Assembly: GCA_963832915.1 (NCBI GenBank)
Contig: CAWHWE010000013.1
Coordinates: 1,644-65,643, forward strand
DNA: 64,000 nt
Direction of reading: 5' to 3'
Origin: an uncultured Acidobacteriota bacterium
GTDB lineage: Bacteria; Acidobacteriota; Terriglobia; UBA7540
A program made the position numbers and the translations under genes. Below the pieces are notes generated by a model, which saw nothing but the letters and a program-made list of their open reading frames with translations, did not search any database and was not told where the DNA came from. Shown here piece by piece: positions 35,528 to 46,733 of the stretch. How positions within the stretch are numbered: the stretch's first letter is position 1; each line of letters opens with the position of its first letter.

Positions 35528-36763
35528 ATGAACGCGCACTCTTTGTTTAGCCCATCGTACCACTTCCCGTTCTCCCGACGCGCCGTCGTCACGCTTCTGG
35601 CGCTGGTCGCGCTGGTTTGGATCCGCCCCGCCTTCTGCGACGAGATTCTTGACGCGGCCCGGGACGGCGATGTGAAAAAGGTGCAAGCCCTGATTAACGG
35701 CAATCCAGACCTGGTTTTGAGCAAAGACGGCAACGGCTTGACGGCTTTGCACTGGGCGGCGGGAAGGGGCCATCGGGAGCTGGTGGAACTGCTCATGGCC
35801 AGCAAGGCCGATGTCAATGCCAAGTCCGGCAATGGCTCGACCCCTTTGCATCTCGCGGCGTTTAACGGCCACAAGGACGTGGCAGAGCTGCTGCTGGCCA
35901 ATCACGCGGAGGTTAATGCCAAGAACAACGACGGCTGGACGCCATTGCACGGGGCGACGCGTTATGACCACCTAGACGTGGCGGAACTGCTGGTGGCCAA
36001 TGGGGCCGATGTCAATGCCAAGGTAAACAATGGCTCGACCCCTTTGCATATGGCGGCTGCTTTGGGCTACAAGGGCTTGGCGGAATTGCTGTTGGACCAC
36101 CAAGCCGACGTTAATGTCAAGGAGAGCCACGGATTTACACCCTTGCAACTGGCGGAGTCTAATAGCCAACCGGACGTGGCGGAGTTGCTCCGCCAGCACA
36201 TCGGCCAGGGCGCCTCCACGCCCACGCAGGCCGCGCCGACCACGTCCGCACAGGGTGACAAACATGGCGCAGAAGCGCTCGCCCACGAGATTCAGGAACG
36301 CCCCGCGAACGCTGGCGAGATAAAGGAAATGATTGCGGAGATTTCTCGTCGGATAACACCGTTCAATCTGTTGGATGCGCAGGACGGATTCAAGGGACAG
36401 CTGGAAAGCAGCGATAATGTTCTGAGGTCCTCTTTTGCGATTGGTGAGATGACGACGTCGACTATCGCAAGACAGCGGCCAATGGGCGACAGGACTTCTG
36501 TTGAGATCCTTCGGAGGAATGGGAGTCTCGTTGCGATATCATTCAAGAATGTTGCGGGCAACTCTGGATTTTCCGAGATCTGGGCGGCAAAACCGGCAGT
36601 GATTCTTAGCGATCCAACCACTGCAAGTACCTCAGGTGGCGTCGGATTCAACCGAGTCGCCCTCCTCAATGGCGGGGTTGCGACAGAATATCGAATTGTT
36701 GGACCGAACGTCTGGTCTGTATCGACCCATCCCGATCAAGAATATATTAATAGTGTCGAGTGA
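35528..36763 (+). CDS. Secreted ankyrin-repeat protein: signal peptide, ~6 ANK repeats (res ~60-250), Ala/Pro/Thr linker, ~170-aa C-terminal domain of unknown function
   Basis: Repeated …DGNGLTALHWAAGRGHRELVELLMASKADVNAK… units; N-terminal hydrophobic signal ending AFC. Confidence 0.85.
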   Translation: MNAHSLFSPSYHFPFSRRAVVTLLALVALVWIRPAFCDEILDAARDGDVKKVQALINGNPDLVLSKDGNGLTALHWAAGRGHRELVELLMASKADVNAKSGNGSTPLHLAAFNGHKDVAELLLANHAEVNAKNNDGWTPLHGATRYDHLDVAELLVANGADVNAKVNNGSTPLHMAAALGYKGLAELLLDHQADVNVKESHGFTPLQLAESNSQPDVAELLRQHIGQGASTPTQAAPTTSAQGDKHGAEALAHEIQERPANAGEIKEMIAEISRRITPFNLLDAQDGFKGQLESSDNVLRSSFAIGEMTTSTIARQRPMGDRTSVEILRRNGSLVAISFKNVAGNSGFSEIWAAKPAVILSDPTTASTSGGVGFNRVALLNGGVATEYRIVGPNVWSVSTHPDQEYINSVE

Positions 36764-37210
36764 TTTCCGCCAGGCTGGCGCATGGCGGTCTGAGGCGATT
36801 GGAGACCGGGGACAAGTGGGGCATTTTCTGGTAAATGCGTCGCCCGTGGCTCGATTGCCCCGAGTGGTCGTTGCGGACGCTGTGCACCATGTGACTACGT
36901 GCATCGCCGGAGCCACACCGGTTGCAATTTTTTCCCCAGCGTGAACCTTCGTCGGCGCTTCCGCCGGTTTAGCGAATCGGAATATGGCTTTCACGGGCTC
37001 TTGACATGAGTAATGAAAGGTGGTGGAATCAAGCCCCTCGCAAAAGGACCTGAAGCTCTTTGCCAAAGTGCATATTGTCGTGCCCTACGCCGCCTCTTGG
37101 GAAAACGCCAAGAGTCGCCTCACGAGGTGGTGTACGGCAAATCTGGCAATGCACGAGGGACTCTTAAACCGTTGCATAGGCCATCACATATCCCAAGGAG
37201 CCATCAAAAT

Positions 37211-37681
37211 ATGAAGTCAAAATCCGAGGTACTCGAAGTCCTTGCCGGGGCGCTGACTGAGGAATTGGGCGCCGTGGTTCAATACATTTTGCACGCCGAA
37301 ATGTGCGATAATTGGGGCTATAAATCACTCAGCGGTTTCACGAAAAAGCGCGCCATCGAAGAGATGCAGCACGCCGAGAAGTTGATTGAACGCATTCTCT
37401 TCCTGGAAGGCGCGCCGGACTTGCAGGCGTTACCAAAAATCGAAGCGGGCAAGGACGTCGAGGATCAATTCGCGATTGATCTGAAGGGTGAGCAGACGGC
37501 CATCGTCAGCTACAACCAGGGAATCGGCACCTGCGCAAAGTCCGGCGACCAGGGCAGCGCTGATCTGCTGCTGGCGAATTTGCACGACGAAGAACGCCAC
37601 GCCGACTACCTCGAAACCCAACTGGGCCTTATCAAGGAACTCGGCTTGGCAAATTATCTGGCCCAACAACTGGCAGAGTGA
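37211..37681 (+). CDS. bfr: Bacterioferritin
   Basis: 156 aa; …LTEELGAVVQYILHAEMCDNWGY…EEMQHAEKLIERILFLEG… matches the Bfr di-iron and heme-Met region; AAGGAG RBS. Confidence 0.85.
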   Translation: MKSKSEVLEVLAGALTEELGAVVQYILHAEMCDNWGYKSLSGFTKKRAIEEMQHAEKLIERILFLEGAPDLQALPKIEAGKDVEDQFAIDLKGEQTAIVSYNQGIGTCAKSGDQGSADLLLANLHDEERHADYLETQLGLIKELGLANYLAQQLAE

Positions 37682-37712
37682 ATCCTGGCTGACTCTTAAA
37701 AAGCCTCGGCTC

Positions 37713-38303
37713 TTACTTATCGAAAAGCTCCAGTTCAGCAATCTGGGATAGAATGTGCCCGATAAGGGCGTGTGCTTCCTGGATGCGGGGAGTTGAATCT
37801 GCCGGGACGCAAATGCAGCAACGCGCCACCTCTTTCAGCATTTTTCCGTCTCTTCCTGTGAGGGCAATGGTGACCAAGCCCTTGGCTTTCGCCGTTGCCA
37901 GCGCCTTCAGCACATTGGGAGACTTTCCGCTGGTTGAAATGCCCACCGCAATGTCTCCTTCTCCTCCCAAGGCTTCCACCTGCCGGGCGAATACGTTCTC
38001 ATAGCCGTAATCGTTGCCTATTCCGGTGAGTGCAGAGGTGTTGACCGTCAGCGCGAGAGCGGGGAGAGGGGTTCGCTCCAACTGGAATCTTCCCACAAAT
38101 TCCGCGGCAATGTGTTGAGCGTCGGCGGCACTCCCGCCGTTTCCGAAGAGGAGGATCTTGTGCCCCTCGCTCAAGGCCGACACGAATTCCTCTGACACCG
38201 TGGCGATAAGGCTCAGGATGTCTGTGTCGTCGAGTAAGGCTTGTTTCACTTTCAGACTTTCCCGGATCGAAGTAGTCACCAGGAGTGCGATGTCATGGCT
38301 CAT
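37713..38303 (-). CDS. gmhA: D-sedoheptulose-7-phosphate isomerase (SIS domain)
   Basis: …LLFGNGGSAADAQHIAAEF… and …VGISTSGKSPNVL… are GmhA/SIS hallmarks. Confidence 0.8.
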   Translation of the reverse strand: MSHDIALLVTTSIRESLKVKQALLDDTDILSLIATVSEEFVSALSEGHKILLFGNGGSAADAQHIAAEFVGRFQLERTPLPALALTVNTSALTGIGNDYGYENVFARQVEALGGEGDIAVGISTSGKSPNVLKALATAKAKGLVTIALTGRDGKMLKEVARCCICVPADSTPRIQEAHALIGHILSQIAELELFDK

Positions 38304-38534
38304 ATAAATTCCTTCTGTGAAGGAGTAAGTAGCTCGTTGTCCGTAGTCCGTCGAAAAAGGGGCTGGGGGCTAGGGCAATTCTGAATTGTGAATTCTGAAT
38401 CGTGAATTGGAGAAGCGCAGCGGTCAGAGGTCCTTGGCTCAGCGCCCAAATCAAGCTCTGAATCCCCAATTCACGATTCGCCATTCACTATGCACAATAC
38501 GCCTCACACCTGACACCCGAAACCTGCCCCTGCT

Positions 38535-39512
38535 TCAGAAACCCATGGCGACACAAAGGGCCGCCACGTCGCCGATGCGTTCGTCGAGCGCCGCTGGAAC
38601 TATTTCGCAGCTTGCCACGGCAGGGGCCAGCGCTTCTCGGCGCATGACTGAACGCGCCGGATCGAGCAGCAAGTCGCCCAGCCGCATGGCGAGGCCTCCG
38701 ATCACGATTCGTTCCGGGTTTAACAGGTCAACAAGAATGGCAAGCACGGCACCCAGCCGCCGGCCCGTTGATTGGAGAATCCCGAGGGCCACGCGGTCTC
38801 CTTCCTGGGCGGCCAAGCCCACGTCTCGCGCGGTGAGCGCCGTACCGGACTGAAGAAGTTGAGTGAGCGCGGTTCTTTGCTTTTTCTTGGCGGCCCTGAC
38901 AACCGCCCGGGCGGCTAACTGGGCCATGCCGCCGCCGCTCGCCCATCCTTCGGCGGAGCCCGCTTTGTTATGTCCCACCGGTCCAGCACGCGTCAGCCGA
39001 ATGTGGCCGACTTCTCCCGCCAGGTCGTTCGTGCCGTGATAAAGGTGGCCATCCGTGATGATCCCCGCACCGAGTCCTGTCCCCATGGTTAGGAAGACCA
39101 TATTTTGTGCTCCCTGGCCGGCGCCAAAACGGTGCTCCGCCACAGCGCCTGCGTTGGCGTCATTCTCCACCTGGCACTCAGCGCCAAATTCTTCCTCCAT
39201 AATCGCCTTGATTGGGACGTTATCCCAGGTTGGAAGATTGGGAGGCGATTGGATTACGCCTTGGATTCGATCCAGCGGGCCGCCGCAACTGACGCCAATC
39301 CGCTTGATGGCGGATGTCTCGAGTCCTTGCTGAGCAAGCAAGTCGCGAATGCCTTCCTTGGCCAGCTTAAGAGCCCGATCCGCGCCTTTAGCCGGAAGAG
39401 TGGCAAATGCCGTTCGGCCCAGAACTGCCGGCGGGTTCGCAGATATTACGATCGCTGTCTTGGTTCCACCCACATCTATCCCTATCCAGACTTTTTCATT
39501 CATGTTCAGCAC
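38535..39512 (-). CDS. ROK-family sugar kinase/regulator-like protein (glucokinase / N-acetylglucosamine kinase-like)
   Basis: …IGIDVGGTKTA… ATP-binding N-terminus and …MGTGLGAGIITDG…EVGH… ROK signatures; no zinc-cysteine motif. Confidence 0.75.
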   Translation of the reverse strand: MLNMNEKVWIGIDVGGTKTAIVISANPPAVLGRTAFATLPAKGADRALKLAKEGIRDLLAQQGLETSAIKRIGVSCGGPLDRIQGVIQSPPNLPTWDNVPIKAIMEEEFGAECQVENDANAGAVAEHRFGAGQGAQNMVFLTMGTGLGAGIITDGHLYHGTNDLAGEVGHIRLTRAGPVGHNKAGSAEGWASGGGMAQLAARAVVRAAKKKQRTALTQLLQSGTALTARDVGLAAQEGDRVALGILQSTGRRLGAVLAILVDLLNPERIVIGGLAMRLGDLLLDPARSVMRREALAPAVASCEIVPAALDERIGDVAALCVAMGF

Positions 39513-40227
39513 CAGACTCTTTTGTTAACAACTCTTCTAAGTTGACAAAAGTAAAGCCGGCTTTCATGGCCCTGTCAAGGATGGCGGGCAGCGCTTTCAC
39601 GGTTTGTGATCGATCCACAGTTTCCGGGGGACAGGCGTTGCGGCCATCGTGGAGGAGGATGATGGATCCTGGGGCCAGATTCTTGAGTGCTTCGCGCACG
39701 ATCCCTTCCGTCCCGAGCTTCCAGTCGTACGCGGTTTCCGACCAGTTCACCAAGCACAGGCCCCGCGCCTTCAACACGGGGTGAAGCCCCAGCCAGCGCG
39801 CACCGAAGGGTGGTCGAAATAACTTGGGGCGTTTCCCCGTTACTTTTTCAATTGCTTCCTGGGTAAGGTCAATCTGGCGCGCAAAGAAGGCACGGCTGTG
39901 GAAAAAAGGAAACGGGTGGGAGTAGCCATGGTTCCCGATGGTGTGACCCTCGGCCTGGACGCGCCGGAGAATCTCAGGGCTGCGCTCGACGTTCCGGCCG
40001 CAAACGAAAAATGTGGCTTTCACATCACGGCTGCGCAGAATGTCGAGGATCTGCTCCGTGAAGCCTGCGCAGGGGCCGTCGTCGAAGGTAAGGGCGATTC
40101 GATTGCTGTTGCCAGGTCCGCGCAGGATAGCCGGCCCGAACAGTTGCAGGCTGGGGATACTCCAGACGTAGATATAAAGGCCAACCAGGCATATTGCGCA
40201 GATTAAGATTATCCAGATATCGTTCAT
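39496..40227 (-). CDS. Polysaccharide deacetylase (CE4 / NodB domain), membrane-anchored, paralog 2
   Basis: N-terminal TM; LTFDDGP; HTIGNHGYSH. Confidence 0.8.
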   Translation of the reverse strand: MNDIWIILICAICLVGLYIYVWSIPSLQLFGPAILRGPGNSNRIALTFDDGPCAGFTEQILDILRSRDVKATFFVCGRNVERSPEILRRVQAEGHTIGNHGYSHPFPFFHSRAFFARQIDLTQEAIEKVTGKRPKLFRPPFGARWLGLHPVLKARGLCLVNWSETAYDWKLGTEGIVREALKNLAPGSIILLHDGRNACPPETVDRSQTVKALPAILDRAMKAGFTFVNLEELLTKESGAEHE

Positions 40228-40757
40228 TTCGTATCGTCACACTTCAGTGAAAAACGATGAGGCCCAACCGCATTGGTCCCCCCGCAGGTTGCGGGGTCTC
40301 CCCAGATGCGAAAGGAAATTGTATCATCAGCTTAACTCCGCGAGGGGCGGAAGAATTTCACCCAGGACGCAAGTCGCCATGTACCAGCGGCTTTTCGCGT
40401 CTGACGACTGTGGAGGTAACACAGAAGATACTTATCTTGACATTGCCACACGGCGCATTACATCAAAGGGCGTCGAAGGCGGTGCGCGCGGCACTCCTGG
40501 AAATTCAGCCGGGCATCGCCGTCGAGGTCGTGGACTCCCTCGGGCGTTGCACACCTTGGTTCCGGACCTACTCAATTCCTATCAAATTCCGTTGCGCTAA
40601 TGGCCGAGCCTATGAGGAAGGGAATTGATGAACTGGCTCCCCTCCTTGGTAAGGAGGGGGCAGGGGGTGGTTGTGGTAAAGAATTAGCCGGGACTCCACA
40701 CCAGGTCGGAGGCACGCCGTCTCTTGTCTTCTGCCTACTGCTCTATGACTCTTACCG

Positions 40758-41690
40758 TTAGACCAAAACCAAGTCGGGGTGGTAAACGCTGCCCTCCACC
40801 TGGCGAGCGATGGCGATGAGCCGTCGCTCGGGATTCAGGATTTTCAGTAAAGCGGTAACCGGCACACGGCCGGCATTGACGCCTGGGCCTACGCGCGTGG
40901 ATTGGGCCAATTCGAAGGCGAGTCCGTGCCGGATGCCCACCTCCTGGCGTCCGCGAACCAGCAGTTCCGGAAATTCCGGCAGGAGGGCTTCGAGCCGCAC
41001 CAAGCAGTCTTCTATCTTCTTTTCCTTGACCGCTTCGGCGAGCCGGTCGAGCGTCACGGCTTGGCTCTCTTTGAACTCCGCCACGCCCGTTCGCCGCAGA
41101 TCGGCCAAGTACGCTCCACAGCCGATCTTTCGGCCCAAATCGTGGGCCAATGACCGGACATACGTTCCGCCGGAACACTCCACGGCGAACCGGACGTCCT
41201 GCTTCTCAATTCCCAGCAGCTCGAGCGCATAGATTTCCACTTCAACCGGCGCCAACGATACGGGCTTTCGCTGGCGGGCCAATTCATAGGCGCGCACGCC
41301 TCCTACATGTTTAGCGGAAAAAGGCGGCGGCGTCTGCATTAAACGGCCAGTAAATTCCCGGAAAATTCTTTCCAGATTTTCCCCATCCAGCGCCACGGGC
41401 AAGCTTTCCGAGGTCGGCTGACCCGTAGTGTCATAGGTATCGGTTGAAAACCCGAACCGCATGGTCCCTTCGTAGGCTTTCCGCGACTTCAGATAGAATT
41501 GTGCAAAGCGCGTCGCCTTTCCCACCGAAACTGGAAGCACTCCGGTGGCAAAAGGGTCTAGCGTGCCGAAGTGCCCCACTTGGCGAATGCCCAGAATCCG
41601 GCGTACGTGCGCTACGACGTCGTGCGAGGTGAGCCCGGCGGGCTTGTCAATAACGAGGACACCTGAGACTTCAGGATGGGGATCGACCAT
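40758..41690 (-). CDS. truB: tRNA pseudouridine(55) synthase
   Basis: …GVLVIDKPAGLTSHDVV…GHFGTLDPFATGVLPV… catalytic-Asp motif. Confidence 0.9.
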   Translation of the reverse strand: MVDPHPEVSGVLVIDKPAGLTSHDVVAHVRRILGIRQVGHFGTLDPFATGVLPVSVGKATRFAQFYLKSRKAYEGTMRFGFSTDTYDTTGQPTSESLPVALDGENLERIFREFTGRLMQTPPPFSAKHVGGVRAYELARQRKPVSLAPVEVEIYALELLGIEKQDVRFAVECSGGTYVRSLAHDLGRKIGCGAYLADLRRTGVAEFKESQAVTLDRLAEAVKEKKIEDCLVRLEALLPEFPELLVRGRQEVGIRHGLAFELAQSTRVGPGVNAGRVPVTALLKILNPERRLIAIARQVEGSVYHPDLVLV

Positions 41691-41839
41691 AGGTCAGTTG
41701 CGGGCACCGGGCGTCCAATGACGCAGTACGCCACTTGTCCGTCGTCAGTGGTCCGTTGTCTCTCCTAACCGAGTCCGGATTTCGTTTAACGGACGCCGGA
41801 CGACGGACAAGCCTCAGACCAAAGAGGGAAACGAATTGC

Positions 41840-42121
41840 TCAGAAGAATTCCACGAAATGATTCGCCACGTCCTCACCCAGGATTTTTTCCGACTCGGCC
41901 AATACCTGGCGGAAGACAGATTCCAGCAGCGACTGGCTGTCCGAGATTGATGCCACGCCCAACGTGGCGCGCTGCCAAACGTCCTCGTGGTTCAACTCGG
42001 CAACGGCCACGTTGAAACGCGACCGGAGCCTATCGCGCATCTTTCGCAAGACGGCTCGTCTTTCCTTGAGGGAGTGGGCGTAAGGAAGCTGGATCTCCAG
42101 GGTCAGTAGACCGACGGGCAT
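41840..42121 (-). CDS. DUF503 (YlxP-like) protein
   Basis: ~93 aa; …LEIQLPYAHSLKERRAVLRKM… typical of the DUF503 family found in infB operons. Confidence 0.6.
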   Translation of the reverse strand: MPVGLLTLEIQLPYAHSLKERRAVLRKMRDRLRSRFNVAVAELNHEDVWQRATLGVASISDSQSLLESVFRQVLAESEKILGEDVANHFVEFF

Positions 42122-42242
42122 CGCATTCACCCCTGCGGTTCTGTCGCGAAACAACTGCTACAGCTACTGTTCGAACCCCTCAGACCGTCGGCGGGCGGGA
42201 TGGAACAGTTATTCCCTGACAACCCCTCCGCACTACCGGGCG

Positions 42243-45020
42243 TCAGGCCATTGCAGGTTCGGGAACCCTTTCCTTCACGAATGCCTCGATCACGTCGCCG
42301 ACCTTCACGTCGTTATAATTCTCCAGCGCGATCCCGCATTCCATCCCGGACCTTACCTCGGCCACATCTTCCTTAAACCGGCGCAGGGACCTTACACGGC
42401 CCTGGAAAACCACCACGCTATCGCGGAGCAGGCGGATGGGCGCCTCGCGAGTGATCTTACCGTCCTGGAGGTAACAACCCGCCACCGTCCCGACGTTGGA
42501 GATCCGGAAAGTGTCCCGCACTTCTGCCCGGCCCAAGGTCGTCTCCTTGAAAACCACCGCAAGGAGGCCTGTCATCGCTTTTTTGATTTCGTCGGTGACG
42601 TTGTAAATGATGGTGTGCAAGCGGATATCCACCTGTTCAAGCTGGGCGAGTTCAGTCGCTTTCCGCTCCGGCCGGACATTGAAGCCGATGACCACCGCAT
42701 TGGAAGCCGAGGCCAGCAACACGTCCGTCTCAGTGACTGCGCCGACGCCGGCATGGATGACCCTCACTTTGACTCTATCCGTGCTCAACCTATTCAGCGT
42801 GTCCGCCAAGACCTCCACCGACCCTTGAACATCCGCCTTGATGATCAACGGTAATTCTTTCACGTCGCCGGCGGCAAGTTGCTCGTGCAACTGCTCGAGT
42901 GTCAGGCGGGCGCTCTTGGCCAGCGCGGCCTCACGCTGTTTGGCTTGGCGATGAAGGGCAATCTGCCGGGCCTTGAGAGTATCGTCAATCACCTGCAACC
43001 GGTCACCGGCCTGTGGGACATCCTCCAGGCCCAGCACTTCCACCGGGGTGGAGGGCAGGGCTTCAATCACCGGCCGCCCACGGTAGTCGAACATGGCGCG
43101 CACTTTGCCGTAGATCGCGCCGATAATGAAGGAATCGCCCACTTGCAAAGTCCCATTCTGAACCAGGAGCGTGGCCACCGGGCCCCGGCCTCGATCCAGT
43201 TTAGCTTCCAACACTGTCCCAGTGGCCAGTCGTTTCGGATTGGCCTTCAGTTGCTGGAGATCGGCGACCAGGAGAATCATCTCCAGAAGCAAATCCAGAT
43301 TCTTTCGCTGCTTGGCAGAGACCTCCACGGTTACGGTTTGCCCGCCCCACTCCTCCGGCATCAAACCGTTCTCCGTCAGTTGCCGCTTGACGCGTTCCGG
43401 CTGTGCGTCGGCTTTGTCAATCTTGTTGACGGCCGCCACGATGGGAACATTAGCTGCCCGGGCGTGGTTGATAGCTTCCAGCGTCTGGGGCATCACCCCA
43501 TCATCGGCGGCGACTACCAGCACCACCACGTCCGTGACTCGCGCCCCGCGGGCACGCATCATGGTGAAGGCCTCGTGACCAGGGGTGTCGATGAAAGTCA
43601 ACTTGCGCCCTTGTGCTTCCACCTGGTAGGCGCCAATGCTCTGGGTGATTCCACCGGCTTCGTGCGCCGCAACATTAGTTTGACGGATGGCATCAAGCAG
43701 GGATGTCTTGCCGTGATCGACATGCCCCATGACAGTGACGACAGGGGCGCGGCTCTGGAGGTCTTCCAGTCGATCGGTTACCAACTCCTCCTGCAAGACT
43801 TCCTCTTCGTAGCTCACCACATTCGCTTCCGCGCCGAACCCGCGCGCAACCTCGACCGCCGTCTGACCATCGAGCGTTTGGTTGATGGTCGCGAAGATGC
43901 CTTTGTCCAAAAGCCGCTTGATCACGTCCTTGGCACGAACTCCCAGCTTCTCAGAAAGCTCTTTGATGGCTATGCCCTCGGTAATCGTGATCTTGCGCGT
44001 GGTTGGAATTTCTTCCAGGGGAACCGGTTTGGGTGGAAGCGGTGGGGACACAGCCGCAGGACGCTGGGGGAACGCCACGGGTCGCACCGCGGGAGGCCGA
44101 GCCGATGGAACGCCACCCGTGGCGACAGCGCCTGCCGCCGCGCTTGCTGCCGGCCGAGCCGAAGTGGGGTGCATTGGCCGTGGCTCGCCGGGCCTCCTGG
44201 AAACCGCAGGGCGCACAGGCGCCACTTTAGGTTTCACTGCGTGGGGGTAGATCGGCTGGCTGGCCGAGGGGTCGCGACGTACCACTCGGGCCGCGCGCGT
44301 TGGTTTGCCGTGCGCGATGGCACTGGCTGCCAGGTGCGAGAATTCGGGAGTCTTAGGTGGGGCCGGTGGGGCTTCCCTCACCGCGCCGCCACGCGCCACC
44401 GCAGACGTAGGCATTTCCGCTTCAACCCTCACCGCCGGTCCCGCGGCTGGAGATGCCGGGGGACCAACCACCACCCGTGCAGAAGGCACCTGGGCCGGGG
44501 CGGGCGCCACTTGGCCCCCTATGGCTGGAGGTGGAGCGGCAAGCGGGCCAGTAGGAGGGAGAAGCACAGGGGGAGATGGCACGGGCCTTACCACGGGCGG
44601 CGCTGGCTTCGGCACTGCTTGAACCGGCTGCGCCGGAGCTTCGGGGAAGTGAACCCCTCTTGGAGGTGGCGGCGTAGTCACCACCCGCCGCGCCGCGTTC
44701 TTTATCTCTTCCAAGGAGCGCGTCAAGGGATGTTGTAGCTCAGCCTTGATAATGTCGGGGAGCTTGCGGGGTTCCACGACTGCCGCAGGGGGCTCTTTGC
44801 TCACTACAGGAGTCGGCGGGGGCGGAGTGGGAGCTTCCTCAGCAACCTCTCCCCCTTCAACCAAGACACGGAAATGTTCCCGAACCTTGTCGGCAATCTC
44901 GTCGTCAAGCGCACTGGAATGAGACTTTTTCTCCACCCCGAGCACGGTAAGATAATCCAGGATGAGGTGGCTCTTGACCTCGAGTTCACGCGCCAAAACG
45001 TTGATTCTTATGTTGCCCAT
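42243..45020 (-). CDS. infB: Translation initiation factor IF-2
   Basis: 925 aa; Pro/Ala-rich N-terminal region; GTPase domain (…[17 protein letters not shown]…DTPGHEAF…NKIDK…). Confidence 0.95.
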   Translation of the reverse strand: MGNIRINVLARELEVKSHLILDYLTVLGVEKKSHSSALDDEIADKVREHFRVLVEGGEVAEEAPTPPPPTPVVSKEPPAAVVEPRKLPDIIKAELQHPLTRSLEEIKNAARRVVTTPPPPRGVHFPEAPAQPVQAVPKPAPPVVRPVPSPPVLLPPTGPLAAPPPAIGGQVAPAPAQVPSARVVVGPPASPAAGPAVRVEAEMPTSAVARGGAVREAPPAPPKTPEFSHLAASAIAHGKPTRAARVVRRDPSASQPIYPHAVKPKVAPVRPAVSRRPGEPRPMHPTSARPAASAAAGAVATGGVPSARPPAVRPVAFPQRPAAVSPPLPPKPVPLEEIPTTRKITITEGIAIKELSEKLGVRAKDVIKRLLDKGIFATINQTLDGQTAVEVARGFGAEANVVSYEEEVLQEELVTDRLEDLQSRAPVVTVMGHVDHGKTSLLDAIRQTNVAAHEAGGITQSIGAYQVEAQGRKLTFIDTPGHEAFTMMRARGARVTDVVVLVVAADDGVMPQTLEAINHARAANVPIVAAVNKIDKADAQPERVKRQLTENGLMPEEWGGQTVTVEVSAKQRKNLDLLLEMILLVADLQQLKANPKRLATGTVLEAKLDRGRGPVATLLVQNGTLQVGDSFIIGAIYGKVRAMFDYRGRPVIEALPSTPVEVLGLEDVPQAGDRLQVIDDTLKARQIALHRQAKQREAALAKSARLTLEQLHEQLAAGDVKELPLIIKADVQGSVEVLADTLNRLSTDRVKVRVIHAGVGAVTETDVLLASASNAVVIGFNVRPERKATELAQLEQVDIRLHTIIYNVTDEIKKAMTGLLAVVFKETTLGRAEVRDTFRISNVGTVAGCYLQDGKITREAPIRLLRDSVVVFQGRVRSLRRFKEDVAEVRSGMECGIALENYNDVKVGDVIEAFVKERVPEPAMA

Positions 45021-45118
45021 TCTGTCTTCTTAATTACTCTCCCTTGTTTCCCGCTCGTCGGCTGACGGGCAGGCGGAAATCTGCGGGTTGAAGCACCTAC
45101 TACCCTGACAGTCTTATC

Positions 45119-46627
45119 TCATTCCTCCTTTCCTCCTTTCTCTCCCGCTGATCCCTCTCCTTCGCTGGATTCAGCTTGCTCAGCCGCCGCTTCGACGTCA
45201 CCCGTCTGAACAGAAGCCTCCGCTGCGGCGCCTTCGGCACTTGATTTCTCTTCCGGGATTTCCTCCGCCGCCGTCTCGAGGGGAGCAGGATGCTCAACAA
45301 GGGGTTCATCAACCTTCACGGATTCTGCTTCTGCGTCAGCGGGCAAGGCTTCGGAGGATCCTTCGTTTTGCTCGAAGTAATCCGTTACTACGCGCCGGAT
45401 CTTCTCCACCGTCTTTTCCCCAATACCCGGTATTTGGGTCAGGTCATCGGGAGTCATCTGGGCCAGTTGCTCCACGGTCTCAACGCCCTTTTCCGCCAAG
45501 CGTTGCAGAGTCTTGTCGCCGAGGCCGTGAAGCTCCGAAATGGAGGCCCCGCGCAAAGCCATGGCAGCCATCTGGGATTCGATTTCCTGGCGCTTCTCCT
45601 CTTCGCTCTTAATATCGACATGCCAGCCGAGGAGCTTTGCCGCCAACCTTACGTTCTGCCCTTTTTTCCCGATCGCCAGGGACAACTGCGTGTCATCCAC
45701 GATTACTTCCAGGTGCTTCTGGTCCAATTCCAGAATCGAGACATGGTTGATCTTGGCCGGGCTGAGTGAGTTCGCCGCGAAAGCCAGCGGGTCATCATTG
45801 TATTCGATGATGTCGATTTTCTCCCCGCGGAGCTCTCGAATGATGGACTGTACTCGCATCCCCTTCATACCGACGCAGGCGCCCACGCAATCCACATCCG
45901 GGTCCTTGGAAAAGACAGCGACTTTGGTCCTGTCACCCGCCTCCCGCGCGATCGCCTTGATCACCACCGTGCCGTCGTAGATTTCGGGGACTTCCATCTC
46001 GAAGAGCTTCTGTACCAGCATCGCGTCGGCGCGCGAGACCACCACCTGCGGGCCGCGCGCGGCACGGTCCACTTGCGTGATCACCGCCCGTATACGATCG
46101 CCGATCTGGTAGGTCTCCAAGCGCGATTGCTCCTTGCGGGGCATGCGGGCCTCCGTCCGGCCCAGGTCGACAATAATGTCCGGCCCCTCCACCCGCTTCA
46201 CGGTGCAATTCACCAGTTCGCCCACGCGCTGGTTGTACTCCGCGTACACGGTATCGCGCTCCGCTTCCCGGACCTTCTGAAAAATCACTTGTTTCGCAGC
46301 CTGCGCCGCAATCCTCCCCAGCACATCCGTGGCTTTGGGAATTCGTACCTCGCCCTCCACCACCGCCAGCGAATCGATCTTCAGCGCCTGTTCCAGCCCG
46401 ATCTCATGATCAGGATCCTGGACGACCTCCACAACCTTCTTGACCGCGTGCACCTCAACCAGCCCCGTCAGCTTATTGAAACGCGATTGGAGCTCCTCGG
46501 AAGACTTGTAGTATTTTCGCGTGGCCACCAGGACGGCGTCCTCTACCGCCGCAATAATGATTTGCGAGTCAATACCCTTCTCGCGGCTCAACTGGTCAAT
46601 TGTTTGGAACAAAAGACTTGTCGTCAC
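45119..46627 (-). CDS. nusA: Transcription termination/antitermination factor NusA
   Basis: S1 and KH domain motifs plus an acidic C-terminal tail; position upstream of infB. Confidence 0.9.
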   Translation of the reverse strand: MTTSLLFQTIDQLSREKGIDSQIIIAAVEDAVLVATRKYYKSSEELQSRFNKLTGLVEVHAVKKVVEVVQDPDHEIGLEQALKIDSLAVVEGEVRIPKATDVLGRIAAQAAKQVIFQKVREAERDTVYAEYNQRVGELVNCTVKRVEGPDIIVDLGRTEARMPRKEQSRLETYQIGDRIRAVITQVDRAARGPQVVVSRADAMLVQKLFEMEVPEIYDGTVVIKAIAREAGDRTKVAVFSKDPDVDCVGACVGMKGMRVQSIIRELRGEKIDIIEYNDDPLAFAANSLSPAKINHVSILELDQKHLEVIVDDTQLSLAIGKKGQNVRLAAKLLGWHVDIKSEEEKRQEIESQMAAMALRGASISELHGLGDKTLQRLAEKGVETVEQLAQMTPDDLTQIPGIGEKTVEKIRRVVTDYFEQNEGSSEALPADAEAESVKVDEPLVEHPAPLETAAEEIPEEKSSAEGAAAEASVQTGDVEAAAEQAESSEGEGSAGEKGGKEE

Positions 46628-46733
46628 CGGTGTCCTCCCACCTACTTGGAACCTGGGATTGGGGACAAGCAGCCAAGGATTACCACCCCCGGGGGACTTC
46701 CCTCGCCCCTACCCTCCAGTCCCTAATCCCCAT

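Noticed and set aside
35294-35971. 225-aa and 173-aa ORFs on the - strand
   Set aside because: They are antisense to the ankyrin gene and span its promoter, with no support.
42879-44738. 619-aa ORF on the + strand
   Set aside because: It is antisense to infB, whose identity is unambiguous. This is a GC-skewed shadow frame.
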